This document shows, in pieces, positions 57,844-64,000 of a DNA stretch of 64,000 nucleotides. The translations under genes and the position numbers were made by a program. Under the pieces are notes generated by a model that saw nothing but the letters and a program-made list of their open reading frames with translations, had not been told where the DNA came from and searched no databases. The DNA lies in NCBI GenBank assembly GCA_963663895.2, contig CAXXRD010000001.1:608001-672000 (forward strand), in the 5' to 3' direction. How positions within the stretch are numbered: position 1 is the stretch's first letter; each line of letters begins with the position of its first letter. The DNA comes from Dehalococcoidia bacterium (GTDB lineage Bacteria; Chloroflexota; Dehalococcoidia; Bin125).

Positions 57844-58788
57844 ATGCCGAACGCCCCGAGCCTGGACGAGGTCTTGTCGTACTTCGAAACACTGTCGAAT
57901 TGGGGGCGCTGGGGCGCGGACGACCAACTCGGCGCGATCAACATGATCAGCCCGGCCAAGCGCCGGGAAGCGGCGGCGCTGGTCACGGAGGGGATCACGG
58001 TCTCCTGCGCCTGGGATATCAACTCCGTAATGGCACACGATCCCTCCTACCGCCGGCCGCAGCGGATCATGCTGGGCACCGGCGAGGACCTCCAGGACCC
58101 AGCCACGGGCGACCGCTGGGGCTTCGCGTGGGAATTCCTCGGCCTGATCTACCACGGCTTCGCGGTCACCCACCTCGATAGCCTGGCCCACGTCTTCTGG
58201 GACAAGAAGATGTACAACGGCGTCCCGGCCGAGCGTGTGGCGTCCGAGAAGGGCGCGCAGGATTATGCGATCAGCGTCCTGGGGCAAGGCGTCAACTCAC
58301 GCGGCGTCCTGCTGGATGTCGCGGCGACAAAGGGCAAGGACTGGCTGGACGCGGACGAGACGGTCTTTCCCGAGGACTTGGAGGCGGCCGAGCGGCGCCA
58401 AGGCGTGCAAGTGAGCGAGGGCGATATCCTGCTCCTGCGCACCGGCCACGCGCGCAAGCGGCGCGTGCCCAAGGACCAGCGTGGCGACGAGAGCGGCATC
58501 CCTAGTTGGCAGGCGGCCTGCCTGCCTTGGCTGCGCGCGCGCGGCGTGGCCATGATCGGCTCCGACACCGCCAACGACGTCGCCCCGCAGCAGTACGAGG
58601 GCATGGAAAATCCCGTCCATCTCGTGGGCGTCACGGCGATGGGGCTGTGGCTGATCGATAACTGCGACCTCGAAGCCCTGCACGCAACCTGCGAGGCCCA
58701 ACAGCGCTGGGCCTTCCAACTGACGATCGCGCCGCTGCGCTGGCTGGGCGCGACCGGCTGTCCGGTTAATCCCATCGCCGTGTTCTAG
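57844..58788 (+). CDS. Cyclase-family (kynurenine-formamidase-like) metal hydrolase, copy 1
   Basis: NWGRWG, YHGFAVTHLDSLAH, RGVLLD, RTG, DNCDLE, ATGCPVNP. Confidence 0.88.
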   Translation: MPNAPSLDEVLSYFETLSNWGRWGADDQLGAINMISPAKRREAAALVTEGITVSCAWDINSVMAHDPSYRRPQRIMLGTGEDLQDPATGDRWGFAWEFLGLIYHGFAVTHLDSLAHVFWDKKMYNGVPAERVASEKGAQDYAISVLGQGVNSRGVLLDVAATKGKDWLDADETVFPEDLEAAERRQGVQVSEGDILLLRTGHARKRRVPKDQRGDESGIPSWQAACLPWLRARGVAMIGSDTANDVAPQQYEGMENPVHLVGVTAMGLWLIDNCDLEALHATCEAQQRWAFQLTIAPLRWLGATGCPVNPIAVF

Positions 58789-58798
58789 CGAAACCCCC

Positions 58799-59746
58799 AT
58801 GCCGACTCCACCCGCCGAAAGCGCAGTGCTCGCCTACTTCGAGCAGCTCTCGAACTGGGGCCGCTGGGGCGACGATGATCAACTGGGAACGCTCAACCTC
58901 GTCACCAGCGACAAGCGCCGGGCCGCCGCCGCCTTGATCCATGAAGGCGTCGCCGTCTCATGCGCTTGGGATATCGTCTCGGACTCGCAACCCGATCCGA
59001 GCTTCCGCCACCCGCAGCGGATCATGCTGCTTACGGGGGACAACCTGGAAGCGCTGCATTGGGGCGGCGAGGCGGCCTTCTCGCTCGACTTCCTCGGCGC
59101 GGCCTATCACGGCTTCACCATCACCCACCTCGACGGTCTCTGCCACGCCTTCTGGGCGGGCAAGATGTACAACGGCTACCCGGCCGCCGCGGTGACGGCG
59201 CGCGAAGGGGCGACGCAGCTCGGGATCGAAGCGCTGCAAAGCGGCGTTGTGACGCGGGGCGTCCTGCTGGACATCGCCGCTCTGAAGGGCAAGGACTGGC
59301 TCGAACCGGGTGAGCCCGTGTATCCGGAGGACCTCGAGGCAGCGGAGGAGCGTCAATCCGTGCGCGTGGAGGAGGGCGACGCGCTCTTCCTACGCACGGG
59401 CTGGGGCAAACGCAAGCGCCTCCCCAAAAGCCAGCGCCCATCGACCGACGGCGCCTATCCCGGTTGGCACGCAGCTTGTCTGCCCTGGTTCCACGAACGG
59501 GGCATCGCCATGATCGGCGCGGACACCGGCAACGACGCCTATCCCTCGGGCTACCAGAAGCTCCAGCATCCCATCCATTCGATCGGGATGGTGGCGATGG
59601 GGCTGTGGCACATCGACAACTGCGACCTCGAAGAGCTCGGCGCGACCGTTGAGCGCCTCGGACGCTCCGCTTTCCATCTCTCGCTGGCGCCCCTTCGCTG
59701 GATCGGCGCGACCGGCTGCCCGGTCAATCCGATCGCGCTGTTCTAA
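58799..59746 (+). CDS. Cyclase-family metal hydrolase, copy 2
   Basis: NWGRWG, YHGFTITHLDGLCH, RGVLLD, DNCDLE, ATGCPVNP. Confidence 0.88.
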   Translation: MPTPPAESAVLAYFEQLSNWGRWGDDDQLGTLNLVTSDKRRAAAALIHEGVAVSCAWDIVSDSQPDPSFRHPQRIMLLTGDNLEALHWGGEAAFSLDFLGAAYHGFTITHLDGLCHAFWAGKMYNGYPAAAVTAREGATQLGIEALQSGVVTRGVLLDIAALKGKDWLEPGEPVYPEDLEAAEERQSVRVEEGDALFLRTGWGKRKRLPKSQRPSTDGAYPGWHAACLPWFHERGIAMIGADTGNDAYPSGYQKLQHPIHSIGMVAMGLWHIDNCDLEELGATVERLGRSAFHLSLAPLRWIGATGCPVNPIALF

Positions 59747-60594
59747 CGGCCTTCCAGCATTCCGTAGGCTTCCGCCAACTCCGTCGCCTCCATCATGCCG
59801 ATGAACTCCGCAAACTCGCGCGGACGAGGCGTGCGATCACGATAGTCGGTGATGACGCCCTGCTCTCGCAGGGTGCGCCACGCCTCGCGCACGGCACGGT
59901 ACGCCACCATGATCGACGTGGCCGGATAAAGCACAACCTTGACGCCGCTCTGCTCCACGGCTGCGCGAGACTCCTGCGTCGCCAGGATGAGGAGCGGGAC
60001 CGGCAACGCCGCGGCCACGGCGGGAGCGTCCTCCAGTTTGAGAAAGGGAAGCATCACCAGGTCCGCGCCGGCCTCGGCGTAGGCGCGCGCCCGGTCGACG
60101 GCGTCGTCGAGCGTCGTGACGGTGATAGCGTCGCTGCGCGCGATGATGACAAAGTCCGGATCGGTCCGCGCGCCGACCGCCGCACGAACACGCGCGACCC
60201 CTTCCTTCTTGCTCACCAACACGTCCTTACGGCGGATGAAGTGCTTGCCCGCTAAGAGGTCCTCGATATGCACACCCGCCAGCCCCGCCCGCTCGCACTC
60301 GCGCACGGTCCGCCGCACGTTGAGCGGCGTGCCTCCCGCATCGTCCATATCGGCGATGATCGGAATATCCACCGCCGCGACGGCGTTTCGCACCTGCGCC
60401 AACAGCTCGGTCATCGTGACCAACGAATGATCGGGGATCCCGTAGGCGCTGGCCGCACAGGCATAGCCACCGAGGTAAACCGCCTCAAACCCCTCGGCTT
60501 CGACGATGCGCGCCGTCATGGCGCTGTGAGCCCCGGGAACGATGAGTGTGCCCGGTTGCGCCAGGATCTGTCGCAGGCGGGTGGTCCCTTTCAT
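59743..60594 (-). CDS. Isocitrate lyase/PEP mutase superfamily protein (PrpB-like)
   Basis: PGAHS, GFEAVY, IIADMDD, HIED, IIARSD, YAEAGAD. Confidence 0.85.
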   Translation of the reverse strand: MKGTTRLRQILAQPGTLIVPGAHSAMTARIVEAEGFEAVYLGGYACAASAYGIPDHSLVTMTELLAQVRNAVAAVDIPIIADMDDAGGTPLNVRRTVRECERAGLAGVHIEDLLAGKHFIRRKDVLVSKKEGVARVRAAVGARTDPDFVIIARSDAITVTTLDDAVDRARAYAEAGADLVMLPFLKLEDAPAVAAALPVPLLILATQESRAAVEQSGVKVVLYPATSIMVAYRAVREAWRTLREQGVITDYRDRTPRPREFAEFIGMMEATELAEAYGMLEGR

Positions 60595-60885
60595 TCTCTC
60601 TCCTCCTCACCATTCGGTGCCTCGCTAAGCGCCACCGACGCTATCACGCCCGAACCGCACGTATGGTGCGACCATCGATGCGGGCGCGCGCGAAGACGGA
60701 CAGCACAGTCCGTTGGACGCAAGCCCGCCGAGCACTCATTGAGGAGCGGGTCCGCCGGCGCCGCCCATCGCGGCGGGCAAGGCCCTGCCGTCCTCGTAGG
60801 AGCGCCGCCCATTCATCGGCTATCCTGCCGCGGTCAAGCGACCGGGAAACGAGCCGCGGAAACCCGCGGCATGCGGAGGTAACCT

Positions 60886-61974
60886 ATGAAGGCCGCCGTT
60901 CTTCGAGAGACCAAGCAGCCGCTGACGCTGGAAGAGGTCACCATCGACGACCCGAAGCCGGGCGAAGTGCTGGTGCGCACCGGCGCGACCGGCGTCTGTC
61001 ACAGCGACCTGCACTACATGCTCGGTGCCTATCCCCACCCGCTGCCGACCATCCTCGGGCACGAGTCCGCGGGGACAGTGGAGCAGGTAGGCGAGGGCGT
61101 GACGACCGTCAAAGCGGACGACCGCGTCGTGCTGTCGTTCGTGCCGTCTTGCGGCAACTGCGAGCGCTGCGTGGAAGGCAGGCCAGTGCTCTGCCTGCGC
61201 ACGCGACGGGGCGAACGGCCGGACAAACTGACGCAGGGCGAGGCGTCGATCAACCAGTTCGCGGGCATGTCGGCGTTCGCGGAGATGCAACTCGTCCAGG
61301 AGAGCGCCTGCATTCCATTGCCCGACAGCGTGCCGATGGAATCCGCCTGCCTCGTAGGCTGCTCAGTGATGACGGGCTTCGGCGCAGTCGCCAACACAGC
61401 GCAGATGGAGCCCGGCTCAACCGTCGCGGTCATCGGGCTCGGCGGCGTCGGGCTCAACATCGTGCAGAGCGCGGCGCTGGCCGGCGCGAGCCGGATTTTC
61501 GCGGTCGACATCGCCGAGGACAAGCTGCAAGCGGCGCGGCAGTTCGGTGCGACCGACACGATCGACGCCTCCCAAGACGATCCGGTCGATTCGCTCAAGA
61601 AATCGACCAAGCGAATCACCGGCGGCGGCGTCGACTACGCCTTCGAGGCGATCGGGCTGGCCAAGACCGCCGAACAGGCCTTCGCCATGGCGCGGCGCGG
61701 CGGCGCGGCCGTGATCGTCGGCATGGTGCCCGTCGGTGAGCGGATCAGCGTCCCCGCCGCGCAGTTCCTGACCGAGAAACGCATCCTCGGGAGCTTCTAC
61801 GGCAGCGCGCGGCAGGCGAAGGATATGCCCAAGCTGCTGCAGCTTTACCAGCAGGGCAAGATCAAGATCGACGAGATGATCACGAACCGCTACGCCCTCG
61901 ACCAGATCAACGAAGCCTACGACGACCTCCAGAAAGGCGCGATGCTGCGCGGCGTCCTGACTTTCGATAGCTGA
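60886..61974 (+). CDS. Zn-dependent alcohol dehydrogenase (MDR)
   Basis: GVCHSD, GHE, CGNCERC...C, GCSVMTG, GLGGVG. Confidence 0.93.
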   Translation: MKAAVLRETKQPLTLEEVTIDDPKPGEVLVRTGATGVCHSDLHYMLGAYPHPLPTILGHESAGTVEQVGEGVTTVKADDRVVLSFVPSCGNCERCVEGRPVLCLRTRRGERPDKLTQGEASINQFAGMSAFAEMQLVQESACIPLPDSVPMESACLVGCSVMTGFGAVANTAQMEPGSTVAVIGLGGVGLNIVQSAALAGASRIFAVDIAEDKLQAARQFGATDTIDASQDDPVDSLKKSTKRITGGGVDYAFEAIGLAKTAEQAFAMARRGGAAVIVGMVPVGERISVPAAQFLTEKRILGSFYGSARQAKDMPKLLQLYQQGKIKIDEMITNRYALDQINEAYDDLQKGAMLRGVLTFDS

Positions 61975-61990
61975 CGAGGGCGGGCACGGG

Positions 61991-63415
61991 CTAAAGCGCC
62001 ATCTCCGGTACCTGGGCGGGTACGTTCAAGGGACAGCCCGTGGCGGCGATGACCTCTCCGGCATCGATACCGGGCGCCAACTCCCGCAGGAGCAGGCCGC
62101 CGGGCGTCACATCGATCACCGCTAGGTTGGTGACGACAGTGTCCACGCAGCGGCGCGCCGTAATGGGCAGCTCGCAAGCGGAGACCAAACGCGGGCGGCC
62201 GCTTCTGGTGGTGTGCTCCATGATCACGATCAACTCGGAGCCGCCGGCGATGAGGTCCATCGCCCCGCCCATCGCCGGCGCGGTCTTGCCCGGCCGGTAC
62301 CAGTTAGCGAGGTCTCCGGCCTCCGACACCTCGTAGCCGCCCAAAACGACGGCATCGAGGTGGCCGCCGCGCGCCATCGCGAAGGAGCTGACGCTGTCAA
62401 AGATGCTGCTGCCCGGGACAAGCTCTAAGGGCAAGCTGCCTGCATCGAAAAGGTGCGGCTGCCAGCGATCCCGATCCGTAAGGCCCTGGTATCCAAGAAT
62501 GCCGTTTTCGCCCTGCAACATGACCGGCGCCTTGAGCTCATCGAGCCAGCGCGCCACAAGCGTCGGCAACCCCACGCCGAGATTCACATAGTCGTAATCG
62601 GCGACCATCCGCGCAACGCGCAGCCCCATCTGCTCCCTCGTGAGGCCTCGCGCCTCACCTTCCATGGCCGGCGCCGCGGTCGGGTCCTTGCGATAGCCCC
62701 ACGCCTCACGGAGCAACTCGTCCCGTGCGATCCCGTGACGCACAACGCTGTCGACGAAGATGCCGGGCAGGTGCACTCCTTCCGGCGCGATCGCGCCCGC
62801 GGGCACGATGGTATCCGCCTCCACGACAACCGTTCGTGCGGCCGTGGCCATGGCCGTCTGGAAATTGCGCGTCGTGCCCTGGAAGCGGCAGTTCCCGGAT
62901 TCATCGGCGACCTGGACGCGCAGCAGGGCATAGTCGGCGGGAAGCGCACGTTCGAACAGATGGGGGCGGCCGTCAAAGTCACGCTGCTCCTTGCCTCTGG
63001 CAACCTCGGTGCCGACTCCCGTCGGCGTGAAGAACCCGGCCACGCCCGCGCCGGCTGCACGGATTCGCTCGACGAAGGTCCCCTGGGGCACGATCTCGAG
63101 CTCGACCGCGCCGCGCAGGATCGCCTCTTCAAACGGCGTGCGCGCGTGCGGCTGGCCGGCGCCGGAGCCGATGAACTTCTTGACCAAGCCACGTTCGGCA
63201 AGCTGCTGGGGCGTGAAAGCCCCTTTGCTCACGGAGTTGCAGATGATGGTGAGGTCGCCCGCTCCGTGATCAGCCAGCGCGCCCAGCAGCGTGCCGGGCC
63301 AAGAAACCGTGGTCGAGAAGCCGCCGACCATGATCGCCATGCCCGGCCGCACGCCGGCGATCGCCTCCGCCGCGGAGGCCACGACCTTGGTCGCATCAGC
63401 CTTCCCGGCAGCCAA
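61991..63415 (-). CDS. Fused 3-oxoacid CoA-transferase (A and B subunits in one chain)
   Basis: A domain: MVGGF, PQGTFVERIRAAG, TGVGT. B domain: VNLGVGLP, catalytic GENG, RGGHLD, MGGAMDL. Confidence 0.88.
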   Translation of the reverse strand: MAAGKADATKVVASAAEAIAGVRPGMAIMVGGFSTTVSWPGTLLGALADHGAGDLTIICNSVSKGAFTPQQLAERGLVKKFIGSGAGQPHARTPFEEAILRGAVELEIVPQGTFVERIRAAGAGVAGFFTPTGVGTEVARGKEQRDFDGRPHLFERALPADYALLRVQVADESGNCRFQGTTRNFQTAMATAARTVVVEADTIVPAGAIAPEGVHLPGIFVDSVVRHGIARDELLREAWGYRKDPTAAPAMEGEARGLTREQMGLRVARMVADYDYVNLGVGLPTLVARWLDELKAPVMLQGENGILGYQGLTDRDRWQPHLFDAGSLPLELVPGSSIFDSVSSFAMARGGHLDAVVLGGYEVSEAGDLANWYRPGKTAPAMGGAMDLIAGGSELIVIMEHTTRSGRPRLVSACELPITARRCVDTVVTNLAVIDVTPGGLLLRELAPGIDAGEVIAATGCPLNVPAQVPEMAL

Positions 63416-64000
63416 CTAGAGTCCCATCGTCGGCACATCGGCGGGCACGGTGAGCGGGCAACCCGTCGCCGCCACGACCTGCTCCACGCTGACTCCCGGC
63501 GCCAGCTCGCGCAGATGCAGCCCGTCCGCCTCGACGGCGATCAGGGCGAGGTTCGTGACGATGGTGTTGACACAGCCGCGTCCCGTCACCGGGAGGGTGC
63601 ACTCCTCGACGATGCGCGGGACGCCCTTGCGGGTCGTGTGCTCCAGGACCGCGATCAGCTCCGCATCGCCGGCGATCAGGTCCATCGCCCCGCCGATCAG
63701 CGGCCCGCCGACGCCGGGCCGGACCCAGTTGGCGATGTCGCCGCCACCGGACACCTCGTAGGCGCCCAGCACGACCGCATCCAAGTGGCCGCCGCGCGCC
63801 ATGGTGAAGGCCCCCGCGCTATCGATCACGGCGCTTCCCGGCAAGAGCTCGGCCGGCTGGCTGCCGGCGTCGAAGACGTTGGGGTCCCAGCGCGCCTTAT
63901 CGGCCAGGGCCCGGTAGCCCATCACTCCGTTTTCCCCGTGCAAGACCACCTCCGCCCCGAGCCGCTCGAGCCAGCGCCCGGCGAGCACCGGGAGACCGAT
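63416..64000 (-). CDS. 3-oxoacid CoA-transferase, second copy (B domain visible; 5' end outside window)
   Basis: HGENG, RGGHLDAVVLG, IGGAMDL, CTLPVTG. The frame is open to the window edge (IGLPVLAG). Confidence 0.85.
   Translation of the reverse strand: MGLPVLAGRWLERLGAEVVLHGENGVMGYRALADKARWDPNVFDAGSQPAELLPGSAVIDSAGAFTMARGGHLDAVVLGAYEVSGGGDIANWVRPGVGGPLIGGAMDLIAGDAELIAVLEHTTRKGVPRIVEECTLPVTGRGCVNTIVTNLALIAVEADGLHLRELAPGVSVEQVVAATGCPLTVPADVPTMGL

Overview
High-GC bacterial chromosomal window with about 55 protein-coding genes and no rRNA, tRNA or CRISPR array that I could detect. The gene content suggests a Chloroflexota (Dehalococcoidia/SAR202-like) heterotroph, but that assignment is inference. 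It rests on five luciferase-like monooxygenases, five hydantoinase-B/oxoprolinase subunits, orphan Tat-lipoprotein family-5 solute-binding proteins, cyclases and CoA-transferases. Main blocks, left to right: a DEDDh exonuclease-BRCT gene end with an IS1595 remnant; an amidase; an arsenic-type cassette (frameshifted APC permease, arsC, aquaporin); a polyphosphate module (ppx plus two translationally coupled thymidylate-kinase-fold genes, convergent with sixA and CYTH-CHAD); a TPP-dependent E1 alpha/beta pair; a large catabolic region rich in C-N hydrolases; a NucS-like nuclease; a Fur/Zur module; and a DEAD-box helicase, RRM protein and gdhA. Top observations: (1) the tmk-like pair beside ppx looks like a heteromeric non-PPK1/PPK2 polyphosphate kinase with one intact and one degenerate P-loop; (2) an AhpD/CMD-family gene that the ORF track splits in two is one reading frame with an in-frame TGA in a CxxU motif followed by a SECIS-like hairpin, so it is a probable selenoprotein; (3) five hydantoinase-B subunits occur with no ATP-binding A subunit in the window, and four share a distinctive active-site signature.
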